Shown here: positions 28,687-39,100 of the stretch, piece by piece | Position numbering within the stretch: position 1 is the first letter of the stretch | Layout of the letters: each line of letters opens with the position of its first letter | Assembly: GCA_963741945.1 (NCBI GenBank) | Contig: CAVUKA010000003.1 | Span: 691,998 to 755,997 of the forward strand | Direction of reading: 5' to 3' | DNA: 64,000 nucleotides | Source of the DNA: an uncultured Gemmatimonadales bacterium | GTDB lineage: Bacteria > Gemmatimonadota > Gemmatimonadetes > Longimicrobiales > RSA9 | The notes under the pieces: generated by a model | What the model was told of the DNA's origin: nothing | The model's database searches: none | The model's input: the letters and a program-made list of their open reading frames with translations, nothing else | Program-made: the position numbers and the translations under genes

Positions 28687-29714
28687 GGTCCGTATATGCG
28701 GTCAATGACCTCCGCGACGGCCACCAGCTCCTCTGCCGCCGCATCATACGACGGATCGTCCGAGACCCGTCCGGCCCACGCGATCGCCGCCCGCCCGCCC
28801 CAGCTGTCCGGCGGCTCCACGAGCGTTTCCGCCCCGGTCCCACGGTACAGCTCCGCCCGGAAGTCGTAGAACGAGCCATCCACGTTCAGCATGGCCGCGC
28901 CCCCGTCCGTGCCATGGAAGCGCGCTTCGATCACCGCGTCCCGGCCCGCGTCGAGGTTCCAGGAGCAGGAGAGCCGCACCACGCGGCCGCCATCCAGCTC
29001 CAGTTGAACTTCCGCGTGGTCCTCCACTTCGGCAACATCGCGCGCGCGAACGCCACCGGCGAACAGGGCGGCGTCCACCGCTTCGACGCGCCCGCCCATG
29101 ACCCAGAGCGCCAGGTCCACGAGGTGGATGCCGAGATCCATCACGCACCCGCCACCGGAGAGCGCGCGGTCGTAGAACCACTCCTTGTCGGGGCCGTACG
29201 CGTTGTGGAAGACGAGGTCGGCCGCGTACACGTCACCCAGGTCGCCGGCCCGGATCCGCTCCCGCAGCGCCCGCATGGCGGCAGTGTGCCGGTACGACAT
29301 GTCGACCCCGAGCAGCCGGTCCGCCCGCCGCGCGGCATGCACCACCCTTCGCACTTCGTCGGCCGTGCGGCCCAGCGGCTTCTGGCAGAACACCGGGAGC
29401 CCACGCTCCAGCGCCGCCCTGGCCTGCGGGGCGTGGAGCGCGCTGGGCGTCGCGATCACCACGCCATCGATGTCGGCGTCCAGAACGTCGTCCAGCCCCG
29501 CGCCGTAGCGGGCGCCCGGGTACGCGCGGCGGAGCGCCGCGAGAGCGTCGTCCGACGGATCGGCCACGGCCGCCACCGTGGCCGCGCCCGCCTCGACCAG
29601 CGCGTCCATCCGGTTGCGGCCGATCCAGCCCACGCCCACGAACGCCAGCGCCGGGGAGCGGGAGAGCGCCCGCGGCGGTCGGCTCTCGGGCGTCCTGGAG
29701 GCGACGGTGGTCAT
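28683..29714 (-). CDS. Gfo/Idh/MocA oxidoreductase
   Basis: GVGWIG, IATPSALHA, FCQKP, GGGCVMDLGIH. Confidence 0.92.
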   Translation of the reverse strand: MTTVASRTPESRPPRALSRSPALAFVGVGWIGRNRMDALVEAGAATVAAVADPSDDALAALRRAYPGARYGAGLDDVLDADIDGVVIATPSALHAPQARAALERGLPVFCQKPLGRTADEVRRVVHAARRADRLLGVDMSYRHTAAMRALRERIRAGDLGDVYAADLVFHNAYGPDKEWFYDRALSGGGCVMDLGIHLVDLALWVMGGRVEAVDAALFAGGVRARDVAEVEDHAEVQLELDGGRVVRLSCSWNLDAGRDAVIEARFHGTDGGAAMLNVDGSFYDFRAELYRGTGAETLVEPPDSWGGRAAIAWAGRVSDDPSYDAAAEELVAVAEVIDRIYGP

Positions 29715-30715
29715 GACCGGACGATCGCTTTAAGGAAGCCATCGGGGCGGTCGCGGGTGGCGTCCAGGGCGTCGCCGAGCCGCTCCAGCGCGAAGGCATC
29801 CGTGATGAGCGGCTCGGGGTCGAGCCGACCGTCCACCGTGGCCTCGACCGCCTGGCGCACACCGCCCAGGTACTGGGACGGATCGCGCTCGTGGGCATTG
29901 ATGACGTCCAGCCCGCGCCAGTTCCACAGCTGCATGTCCACCTGCCGCGTACCATCCTGATGGTACCCGGCAATGACCAGACGACCGCGCACCCGCGTCA
30001 GCCGCCCCGCCAGATCCAGCGGGCCCTGCTTCCCGGTGGCTTCCACGACGACGTCGCACAGCATGCCGCCCGTCTCTTCCTCGATTGCCGCCACCGCCGC
30101 GTCGTGGTTCGTGACGTCCAGCGTGCGGTACGCACCCGCGCGCGCGGCCACGTCCCGGGCGAACGGCCGCCTGGACAGGCCGATCACCCGCGCGCCCGCG
30201 GCCACCGCGAGCTGCGTCACCAGCGCGCCGAGGAAGCCGATCCCCACCACGGCCACGGTCCGCCCCTCTTCGATCCCGCTCCGCTGGAACACGTTCATTG
30301 CGCAGCCCAGCGGCTCACCGGGAAACGGGATCGCGTCGAGCTCGGGCGGGAGCGGAACGACCTCCGCCGCCGGCACCGTCATGTAGTCGGCAAACGCCCG
30401 GTCGCCCAGCGTCGCCACCCGGTCGCCTTCGCGGACGTTGTGCACGTCCGCACCGATCACTTCGACCAGGCCCCACCCTTCGTGGCCGGGGCTCCCCGGC
30501 GGGAACGGGTAGTCGAACCAGGGCGCGCCCTTCCACGGGCCCAGGTTCGAGCCGCACACTCCGCACCCCTGCAGCCGCACGACCACGTCCGTGGGGCCCG
30601 GATCCGGAAGCGGAATCTCCCCCACCTCGATTCGGCCGGGCTGCGCGAGCACCGCCGCCCGGGTGGTCTCCGGCGCCGCACGCGCTGCGGCTTCCTTCGC
30701 GACCCCCACCTTCAC
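29711..30715 (-). CDS. Zinc-binding (polyol/sugar) dehydrogenase
   Basis: GVCGSN, PGHEGWG, EPLGC, GIGFLG. GTG start overlaps the upstream stop. Confidence 0.9.
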   Translation of the reverse strand: MKVGVAKEAAARAAPETTRAAVLAQPGRIEVGEIPLPDPGPTDVVVRLQGCGVCGSNLGPWKGAPWFDYPFPPGSPGHEGWGLVEVIGADVHNVREGDRVATLGDRAFADYMTVPAAEVVPLPPELDAIPFPGEPLGCAMNVFQRSGIEEGRTVAVVGIGFLGALVTQLAVAAGARVIGLSRRPFARDVAARAGAYRTLDVTNHDAAVAAIEEETGGMLCDVVVEATGKQGPLDLAGRLTRVRGRLVIAGYHQDGTRQVDMQLWNWRGLDVINAHERDPSQYLGGVRQAVEATVDGRLDPEPLITDAFALERLGDALDATRDRPDGFLKAIVRS

Positions 30716-31788
30716 GACACCGCCTTGAGGCGACTGGCGCGGCGAACTGCGGCAGGACGAGGAAGGTCCGCCGCCTCCGCCGACTCCAGCCATTGTACCA
30801 GCCGCCCCAGCCCCTCGTCCACGCCCACGCGCGGGCGCCAGTCCAGCCGCTCGCGGATCTTGCGCGTGTCGGAGATGTACACGCGCTGGTCGCCCGGACG
30901 CCACCCGGCCATGCGCACCGGGACGTCCCTCCCGGTGATCCGGCTCAGCCGGTCCACCACCTCGCGGACGGACACGGCATTCGACGGACCGCCGCCCACG
31001 TTGAACACTTCGCCGGCGACCTCATGGGACCGATCGAGCGCCGACCGCATCACGCGGACGAGATCCTCCACCCAGAGGATGTCGCGGACCTGGTGGCCGT
31101 CGCCGTAGATCGTGATCGGGTCGCCCGCCAGGATCGCCCGGGCGAAATGGGCCACCCACCCCTGGTCCTCCGTGCCCCACTGCCGGTGCCCGAAGATGCA
31201 GCTCATGCGCAGCACCACGGTGGGAATGTCGAAGATGCGCGCGTAGTCGTGGACGTACTGGTCCGCCGCGCCTTTCGAACAGCCGTAGGGCGAGTGGAAA
31301 TCCAGCGGCGTGTCCTCGCCCACGCCCTCACGCCCGCCCGCGAAGACGTAGCGGTCGCGGTCGTGCTCCACCCCCACGCCATCGAGCGCGCCATACACCT
31401 TGTTGGTGGACGTGAACAGGATCGCCGGCGGGCGGTCCAGCTTCCGCGCGGCCTCCAGGATGTTGAACGTCCCCACCAGGTTCGTGCGCAGGTCGTCCGC
31501 CGGATCCTCCAACGACGTCGTCACCGCCACCTGCGCCGCCAGGTGGAAGACCCGGTCGGCGCCGCTCACGAGCCGCTTCACCAGGTCCGCGTCTCCCACG
31601 TCGCCTACCTCGAGGCGGGCGGCGCCATTGTAGCGGCGCTTCAGCCATTCCGCGTTCCGGACCACGCCCGGACGGGAGAGGTTGTCCAGCAGCACCACGC
31701 CCTCGCCGTTCCGCAGATGCGCGTCGGCGAGGTTGGAGCCGATGAACCCGGCGCCCCCCGTGATCAGTGTATAGCCGTTTCCCTTCAT
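30712..31788 (-). CDS. NAD-dependent epimerase/dehydratase (CDP-tyvelose epimerase-like)
   Basis: TGGAGFIG, HLAAQVAVTTS, STNKVYG, YGCSK, GTEDQGWVAHF. Confidence 0.93.
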   Translation of the reverse strand: MKGNGYTLITGGAGFIGSNLADAHLRNGEGVVLLDNLSRPGVVRNAEWLKRRYNGAARLEVGDVGDADLVKRLVSGADRVFHLAAQVAVTTSLEDPADDLRTNLVGTFNILEAARKLDRPPAILFTSTNKVYGALDGVGVEHDRDRYVFAGGREGVGEDTPLDFHSPYGCSKGAADQYVHDYARIFDIPTVVLRMSCIFGHRQWGTEDQGWVAHFARAILAGDPITIYGDGHQVRDILWVEDLVRVMRSALDRSHEVAGEVFNVGGGPSNAVSVREVVDRLSRITGRDVPVRMAGWRPGDQRVYISDTRKIRERLDWRPRVGVDEGLGRLVQWLESAEAADLPRPAAVRRASRLKAVS

Positions 31789-31799
31789 TCTTCCCTCAC

Positions 31800-32925
31800 T
31801 CAGAATGCGAGACCGCGAGCGGCCAGGTCGGCTGCGTGTTCGCCCGCTTTCGAATCGGGACGATCCTGCGTCCGCAGCCACCCCAGCAGCTCCGTCATTC
31901 CGTCCTCCAGCATCACCTGCGGCTCGTAGCCCAGCAGTTCCCTCGCACGACCAATGTCCGCCGTGCAGTGCCGGACATCACCGACGCGGTACCGCCCGGT
32001 CACCTCAGGATTCGATGTCCTCGCCCAGCACCTCCGCCAGCATCCGGGCCACTCCCGCGATCGTCACCGGCTGGCCCGAACCGATGTTCAGCACTTCACC
32101 CACCGCCGCCTGCCTCTCGGCCGCGAGCAGAAGAGCGCGCACGATGTCGTGCACGGAGACGAAGTCCCGCTGCTGGGCGCCATCCTCGTAGATCAGTGGC
32201 GACTCACCATTGAGGAGGCGGGAGGAGAAGATGGCCACGACCCCCGTATACGGATTGGACAGGGCCTGGCGCGGTCCGTAGATGTTGAAGAAGCGCAGTG
32301 CCGTCACCGGGATGTCATACGCCTCCCCGATGATGAGGCTCGCCTGCTCCTGGTCCTTCTTCGTGAGCGCGTAGATCGATGTGGGATCGAGCGCCTTGCC
32401 CTCATCCGTGGGCACCGGCTCCAGTTCCGTGCCGTCCGGGTCCCGCAGCTCCCACCGGTGCGCCTTCAGGTCCTCGGGCCGGCGCCGGCGCGTCTCCGGC
32501 TCGCGTCCGTCCGGTCGCCTGTACCGGCCTTCGCCGTAAATGGACATGGAGCTCGCCACCACCAGACGGTCCAGTGGCGAGCCCCGGTCCACCAGCGCCT
32601 GGAGCAGGTTCGCGGTGCCCTGCGTGTTCGTTTCGGTGTAGTCCGCCACCTGGTACATCGACTGGCCGACGCCCACGGCGGCGGCGAGGTGGTAGACGAC
32701 GTCGACGTCGTCCAGCACCCGGGCCCAGATGCCCCGGTCCCGCACGTCCCCACGCACCAGCTCCGCCGCGGACGAGAGCCACGCCGGTGGCTTCCGCTCG
32801 GGGCCGTGGACCTGCGGATCCAGGTTGTCCAGCACGCGGACCCGATCACCACGCTCGACGAGCGCGTCCACGAGATGGCTGCCGACGAACCCGGCGCCCC
32901 CGGTCACAAGCACGTGCCTGCTCAT
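31800..32925 (-). CDS. NAD-dependent epimerase/dehydratase, split by a 1-nt frameshift at about 32010
   Basis: TGGAGFVG, YALTK, LSNPYTGV. The sequence ATC GAA TCC TGA GGTG becomes ...I(E/D)PEVTGRYRVGDVRHC... if one base is removed. Confidence 0.88.
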
Positions 32926-33764
32926 TCGTCGCCGCCGCCGTTCCCGACCGCCGCATCCCCGGCCGGCCGGATCATTCCCGTGGCTTCCGGTCCTCCCGCT
33001 CCAGGCACTTCGTCCGGTGCGCAGAAGTACACGCCCGGGCCTGCGTGCCTCTCGATGCGGAACCCGGCCGCCCGCAGCAGCGCGGCGGCTCCCGCCTCGT
33101 TGGCCACCCACCAGTTCGTCGGGTCTCCGGCATAGCGCCGCTCGATGAAGTGAAGCCGGGGGAAGCGTGGATCCTCGAAGACGCTGGTCTCTTCGAACGG
33201 GTAATCGGGCGCCACTTCCATGGGCTCGGCATCGCCCCGGACCAGGGTCTGGAAGACGAGCCGCTCGCCCACCACCTGTCGCACGCGGTCGAGTCCGAGG
33301 AGCGGATGCCGCAGGTGGTAGAGGACGCCCATGAAGACCACGTAGTCGAACCGGCGGCCGAGCTCCGCGACGTCGTACGCCTCCATCTCCAGGAAGCGCA
33401 CGTCGCCGTGCCCCAGGACGTCCGCCGCGTAGCGCGCCTGGTCCAGGTACCGCGGGTTGTGGTCCACCCCGGTCACCTCCGCGCCACGGTCCGCCAGCTG
33501 GAACGCATAGAATCCCGCGTTGCAGCCGATGTCCAGCACCGTCTTTCCCGTCATGTCCGCGGGGAACGCCGGCTCCACCGTGCGCCAGAGGTCCCGCAGG
33601 AAATTCCCGAGCGGATGGTCCGGAGCGGTCCGCACGCCATCCAGATTCAGGTCGTGGAACCATGGCCCCAGCGCCTCGACCTCCCTCCGGATTTCGCCGC
33701 GAGACCCGGCCTCCGCTACCGCCGCCCGCCCTGCGTCCCTCACGTTCACCCCCTCCCCGGCCAT
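32922..33764 (-). CDS. TIGR04290-family SAM methyltransferase
   Basis: LGPWFHDLNL, TAPDHPLG, VLDIGCNAGFY, FMGVLYHLRHPLL, DPTNWW. Confidence 0.88.
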   Translation of the reverse strand: MAGEGVNVRDAGRAAVAEAGSRGEIRREVEALGPWFHDLNLDGVRTAPDHPLGNFLRDLWRTVEPAFPADMTGKTVLDIGCNAGFYAFQLADRGAEVTGVDHNPRYLDQARYAADVLGHGDVRFLEMEAYDVAELGRRFDYVVFMGVLYHLRHPLLGLDRVRQVVGERLVFQTLVRGDAEPMEVAPDYPFEETSVFEDPRFPRLHFIERRYAGDPTNWWVANEAGAAALLRAAGFRIERHAGPGVYFCAPDEVPGAGGPEATGMIRPAGDAAVGNGGGDE

Positions 33765-33885
33765 TCGTTCGCGTCCCCCAATGCAGGAGAGCCGCGTCCA
33801 GTGCTGGCGGCGCGGCTCTGCAATTTCGTGAACTCGGCAACGCCCTTCGCTCAGCGGTCGCTGCCCATGTGGCGAAAAGCTCTAC

Positions 33886-33900
33886 GCAAGCTCTCTGCCA
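33886..33900 (-). promoter_or_regulatory. Sigma54 promoter for methyltransferase/glycosyltransferase operon
   Basis: Minus strand TGGCA-GAGAGC-TTGC (near-consensus GG-N10-GC). A leader hairpin GAGCCGCG...CGCGGCTC lies at about 33789-33818. Confidence 0.6.
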
Positions 33901-33991
33901 TCATCTCAGAACGCGTATGTAGATGCGAAGGTCGGGCGGCGCACCGGCTCGGAGCGGCGCTGGCCGGGCCGCGGGGTGGAGGCTCGCCCCG

Positions 33992-34318
33992 TCAGGCGAC
34001 CTGGGTGCCCTCGCGTTCGACGGCCTCGGTATCCGCCCCGGTGGCGGACGGCTGGTCGGGGGCGGGGTCGTCGTCGTGGAGGACGCGGCCGTCGCTGCCG
34101 AGGTGGCGGGCGGCGATGGGGTGCAGCTCCTTCAGCTTCCCCTGGACATGGTCGAGGTGCGGCAGCACGTGCGCCCTGTAGCAGGCCGGGCAGAGATGGA
34201 AGTAGCCGTGATCCGGGCGCAGGTCGATGAACGGGCCGAACCACAGGGTCATCAGCCCGATCATCTTCTGCGGGTTGGAGGACCCGCACCGCTGGCAAAG
34301 CGGCATCGCCACATTCAC
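33992..34318 (-). CDS. Small putative zinc-binding protein
   Basis: CQRC...CPAC, acidic tail. Confidence 0.6.
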   Translation of the reverse strand: MNVAMPLCQRCGSSNPQKMIGLMTLWFGPFIDLRPDHGYFHLCPACYRAHVLPHLDHVQGKLKELHPIAARHLGSDGRVLHDDDPAPDQPSATGADTEAVEREGTQVA

Positions 34319-34465
34319 CTCCGGCCGGGAGGACCACGTCTCAATTTCGCTGGTCGTGGCAGGGAACGACAGGTTGAAGGCGACGCGTGGCCCGTTCCCG
34401 TGGCGAGGGAGTGCCCGCTCGCCGGTGAGGCGGGGCCGCCGGCCAGGCTGGCGGAATCCTGGCCG

Positions 34466-36175
34466 TCAGCTTCCGCTGACCACCAGGACCTCGCCTTCGC
34501 GGAGCGGCCGCGCGCGGCCCATGGAGTTCCAGCGCACCAGGTCGTTGATGTGGACCCCGTATCGCCGGGCCACGGACGTCAGCGTCTCACCGCGCGCCAC
34601 CCGGTGCCGCTCCGCTGCCGGCGGAGCCACGCGGATGACCTCTCCCGTGCGCAGCGGCCGCGCCCGCTCCATTCCGTTCCAGCGCACCAGGTCGTCCAGG
34701 CTCACGCCGAGCGAAACCGCCAGCTCGCTCATGGTGTCGCCGGGGCCCACGCGGTGGGTCTCTCGGTCGGCGACGGCGGGTGTGGCCCGCGCGGCCGCCG
34801 CCACCTTGCCCGCGGGGGCGACGGCCGTGGTGCTGGACGGGTGGCCTTCGCCGGCCGCGGACGCCACGGCACCAGCCGAGCGGGCGCTCGACTGGCCGGC
34901 CGTCGTGGCCAGCTGGGAGTCCGTCACGATGGTACGGTCCACGAGGAGGCGCATCCCGGGCTGGATGATGTCCCGCACTTTCGGGTTGAGGGCGCGGAGC
35001 TGCTTGAGCGTCACACCGTGCGCACGGGCGATCCGCCAGAGCGAGTCCCCGGACTTCACCACCACCCAGACCTCCCGGTATTCCGGCAGGATTCGATCCG
35101 GCAGGGGGAGTGCCGCGAGCCGGTCCCCGAACTCGGGTTGGAGTGCGCCCACGGGCACGCGAATCGGGTATTTCAACCCCGGAGGCGCCGCCCCGCGCAC
35201 CAGGTGCGGGTTGAGGTTCTTGACCGAGTCGACGGAGATGCCGGAGGCCCGCGCCACTGCGCTCAGGCGGGTGCGGCCGTCCACCAGAACGGTGTCGTAC
35301 GCCAGTGGTGGCTCCTCCGCCACCTCCGTGAACCCGTACCGCTCCCGGTTGCGGGCCACGTGCGCCGCGGCCAGGATCAGCGGTACGTAGCTCCGGGTTT
35401 CCGCCGGCAGGCGACCCTCGCGGACCAGCTGGAAGTACCCGGCCCCCGATCCGTTCTGCGCCCGGCGAACCCGTCCCAGGCCGGCGTTGTACGCAGCCGC
35501 CGCCAGCGCCCAGTCGCCGAGTTCGTCGTGGAGCAAGGCCAGATGCACCACGGCCGCCCGCGTCGCCGCCACCGGGTCCCGCCGCTCGTCCACCCAGTCG
35601 TCGATCCTCAGACCGGAATAGCGGCCGGTGCTGCGCATGAATTGCCACAGCCCCACCGCCTTCGCACGCGACACCACCGTGGCTGAGAAGCCGCTCTCCA
35701 GCATCGCCAGGTAGAGCAGCTCCTCCGGGAGACCCGCGCTCCGCAGCTCCCCCAGGATCAGGTCCCGGTATCGCCCCTCGCGCGACAGCCACCTCTCGAA
35801 GTTGGCTCGCGCCCTACCGGCATGGAACAGCTCCACATCCCGCTCCACCTCCGCAGCGATCTCTGGAGGAAGGGTCCCGTCCTCTCCGGCGAACAACCCG
35901 TTCAGCGTCAGCGCCTCCGCCGCATCCAGCTCCGCAGGCAGCGATCCGTCCGCCTCCTCCAGCGCCGCGTCCCCCAGCTCCTCCAGGCCGGCCGGATCCC
36001 CCATTCCATCCGCGGAGCCGTCCAGGTACGCCGTCTCCGCGGCATCCGCCATCTCGCTTCCGACCTCCTCCGGGACCGGACCGGCTACGCGCACGCCTCC
36101 GCAGCCGGCCAGCGCGAACGCGAGTGCGAGGGGGACCAGGGTACCGGGACCGCGTCGTCGCTGGGTATCAGGCAT
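34466..36175 (-). CDS. MltD-like lytic transglycosylase lipoprotein with 3 LysM domains
   Basis: Lipobox LAGC, SLT motifs MLESGF, GLWQFM, AYNAG, ETRSYVP, LysM repeats GDSLWRIA/GDTMSELA/GETLTSVA. Confidence 0.92.
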   Translation of the reverse strand: MPDTQRRRGPGTLVPLALAFALAGCGGVRVAGPVPEEVGSEMADAAETAYLDGSADGMGDPAGLEELGDAALEEADGSLPAELDAAEALTLNGLFAGEDGTLPPEIAAEVERDVELFHAGRARANFERWLSREGRYRDLILGELRSAGLPEELLYLAMLESGFSATVVSRAKAVGLWQFMRSTGRYSGLRIDDWVDERRDPVAATRAAVVHLALLHDELGDWALAAAAYNAGLGRVRRAQNGSGAGYFQLVREGRLPAETRSYVPLILAAAHVARNRERYGFTEVAEEPPLAYDTVLVDGRTRLSAVARASGISVDSVKNLNPHLVRGAAPPGLKYPIRVPVGALQPEFGDRLAALPLPDRILPEYREVWVVVKSGDSLWRIARAHGVTLKQLRALNPKVRDIIQPGMRLLVDRTIVTDSQLATTAGQSSARSAGAVASAAGEGHPSSTTAVAPAGKVAAAARATPAVADRETHRVGPGDTMSELAVSLGVSLDDLVRWNGMERARPLRTGEVIRVAPPAAERHRVARGETLTSVARRYGVHINDLVRWNSMGRARPLREGEVLVVSGS

Positions 36176-36249
36176 TCGTTCTCTGGCTTTGGGGCGGTGC
36201 GAGGGGACGCACAAACATCTGTCGGATCCCCGCACCTCCGCAACCCCCA

Positions 36250-39100
36250 TCAGCCCCCGGGATCCGGATCGCTGAGGTAGCCCACCGCCTCGTCCTGGTC
36301 GCCGTTCATCAGGACGCGCAGGATCCTGCCACCGGTCACGGCCGGGACATCGATCACGCGGAGCGCGGACGCCACGTGGGCGAACTCCGGCACCAGCTCC
36401 GGCAGCAGGTTGGGCGACTCGAGGAAGAACGCGTCCATGAACCGGTTGCCCGGCTCGTCGGGGTAGAGCGGGAGGTAGCGGATCTCCGCTTCCACGAGGT
36501 CCTGGAAGAAATGGGTGCCGAAGGACAGGTCCGGCAGGTAGCTCCCCTTGCGACGGGCGATCTCGGCGAGCACCGCCGTGTTGTTGATGTCCGCGTAGGT
36601 GACGCTCACGCCCAGGTGGATGTCGCCCCGGCTGCCCCATCGTCCGGGGCCCATGAGGATGAAGCGGCGGCGTGGGAGCAGCTTGTTGAGCCGCCCCACG
36701 GCCCGGCCGACGTCCAGGAGGTGCTTGCGGTCCGGCAGCTCGGCATACGCATCCGGATCCACGTAGACGACGTGCGTCAGCTCGGGGGCCGCGCCGTTGG
36801 AAATGTGCCGCTGACCGGTGAAGAGGATGCGGTCGTCCGACAGGTCCCGGGGGATGAGGGCGCCGACGGCCGCGCCGAGTGCCGACTGCGGCCGGCACTG
36901 GAGCAGGTAGAAAGTGTCCCCGTCGGACGCGAACTCGACGTCCACGGGCATGCCGAGGCGGGCACCCAGCACGTCCAGCAGCGTGGCCACCTGCGCCATG
37001 AACGGGGAGTCGTCGGTGAGGCCTTCGAACGTGACCACGGCGTCTTCGTTTTCGAAATCGACGGCGAGGCCGCGTGGGCGCCGCGCGCGCCCGTTCTCCA
37101 GGACGGAAACGATCTTCTTGATCTGGGGCAGCTCCCGGCCGCATTCCCGGAGCATGCGGTCCACCGGCACGGTCTCCAGCTCGTTGGACTCCAGGTTGAT
37201 CACATCCATGAAGCGCGGGGCGTACCGCACCATCTCCTCGACGGTCGTGTTGACCCGCAGCCCCGGCTGGCGGGGCGCCAGGAGCACGGAATAGTCGTCG
37301 CTGGTGCGATCCACGGCGCGCGTGCCGAGCCCCGGGACGAGCCGGACGAGCCCGTCCTCGCGCCGGATCCGGGGTGACCACCGGAACTCGTTGTGGCTCA
37401 ACGCCACACCCGAGTAGGCGGGGAGGAAGTACCGGCCCACCCGATTGCCCACCACTTCCTGGATCATGATCCCCATCTCCTCGTGGACGTCGAGGAGGCC
37501 GCGCTCGGCGCGGTATTCGATGGGGTCCGGCGCGAAAATGGAGGCGTAGACCTCGGCTACGGCGTCCTGCAGCGCGCTCAGCCGCTCGGCCTTGCTCCCC
37601 TGGTTGGCCAGGAACAGGCTCTTGTACTTGCCACTGAACGCGGAGCCGGTGCGGTCCTCCAGCAGGCTCGAGCTGCGCACGATGAGCGGCACGTCGCCGA
37701 GATCGTCCAGCGCAGCCGCCAGCCCCTTCTCCAGCTCCGGCGGGAACGCGGCGCTCTTGAACACCTGGACCACGTGCGGATACTGCTGTCGCACCCGGTC
37801 GATCTCCAGGTACTTGTGGTCGTAGATGTCGTCCAGGTTGTTGTAGCGGACGAACGCCAGCACCGCGTCCGAGGCGATGTACCAGGTGCGGGGCACCCGC
37901 ACGTTCGACAGCACGCCCTGGAATTCCGCCGAGCTCTCCACCACCCGCTGGGCCAGGAACACGCCCGCGCTCTTGCCGCCCAGGCGGCCGTGGCTGCCGT
38001 GGGGCGCCAGGAGGTGGCGGGCCAGGCGGTGGAAATCGGACACCTGGACCACGCTCCGGGCCGTGTTGATGAACCCGATCTGGTCCGTGAAGAACCGGCG
38101 CAGCAGTGCCACGCGCAGCATGGTCTGGACGGAACGGGGAAGCTCGGCCTCGTCCACTCCGAGCGCCTGGAACCGCTCCAGCGCCTCGGTGACCTCCCCG
38201 AGCGATGAGCCCTGGTCTTCCAGCAGGTGGATCAGGAAGCTGGCCTTGTCCTGGCTGATCCACATCTCGGATGTGGCCGAGGATGTCCTCCTCCGGCAGG
38301 TGCTCCGCCGCCACCCGGAACACCTCCTCCGTGGACGGCGTCGCGGCACCCGGCGTCACACGGGAGAGCGGCCGGTTCTCATCCTGGTCCGACCCGCCGC
38401 TCTCCTCCCGCGACGCCCCCGGCACCAGCGCGTCCGCCTGCGCCACACCCTTCCAGCGGAGGTGGTTCAGCATCTTGCGCGTGATCCACTCCACCAGCCC
38501 CGGGTCCGTGCGGCGGAGGAAGTCCACGATGACCCGCCACTTGGCCCGACGCTCCTCGCCGAACCACTCCACTTCCCTGCCGCGCCGCCGCTCCCGGGCC
38601 GCTGCCAGCTCCTGGCGCATGATGAAGAACGCGAGGCGCTCCGCCACCGCCCGGAGCAGCTGGCGCTCTTCCTTCAGGAACGGTCCGTGATCCGCCTCGG
38701 GCCGCGGTTCCGTGTAGTAGAGGCTGAGCTCGCCAACCGCGTCGTCGCCCACCACCACGGGCGCGCGCTGCACCCACGGCGTCTCGCGGAAGCCGGGGAG
38801 GTGGAACTCCCGGCCGCCCAGGACCAGCGCCGGCTGTGCGACGCCCGGGTACTGCCAGCCACCGGGGAGCGTCTCGAGCACGCGGCGAAAGAGCTCGTCC
38901 TCGGGCTCTTCCCGGCTCAGAATGTCGTCCACCCGGTACAGGCAGCTCAGCTCTTTCGCGCGCTCCCGCAGCGCCCCCATGACGGGGTCGTTCAGCAGGT
39001 GCTCCTCGGCCGTCGCCCCATCCATGCTCTCTTCGTCCACCTCTTCTGCCCGGCCACCCTGGCCGCTCCCCGCCAGCTGGCGGTGCTCATCACTGCTCAT
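36250..39100 (-). CDS. GAF-like sensor fused to PEP-synthase/PPDK-type ATP-grasp plus phospho-His domain; 1-nt frameshift at about 38270
   Basis: N-part RERAKELSCLY...WQYP...PFLKEE. C-part GGKSAG, VRSSSLLED, FSGKYKS, IQEVVG, GLGTRAV, DVEFA, LLQCRP, GRWGS, SFGTHFF. The two frames join at CAC ATC C GAG ATG TGG. Confidence 0.85.

Noticed and set aside
33819-33833. Second sigma54-like motif (GTTCACGAAATTGCA on minus strand)
   Set aside because: It lacks the invariant GG at -24.
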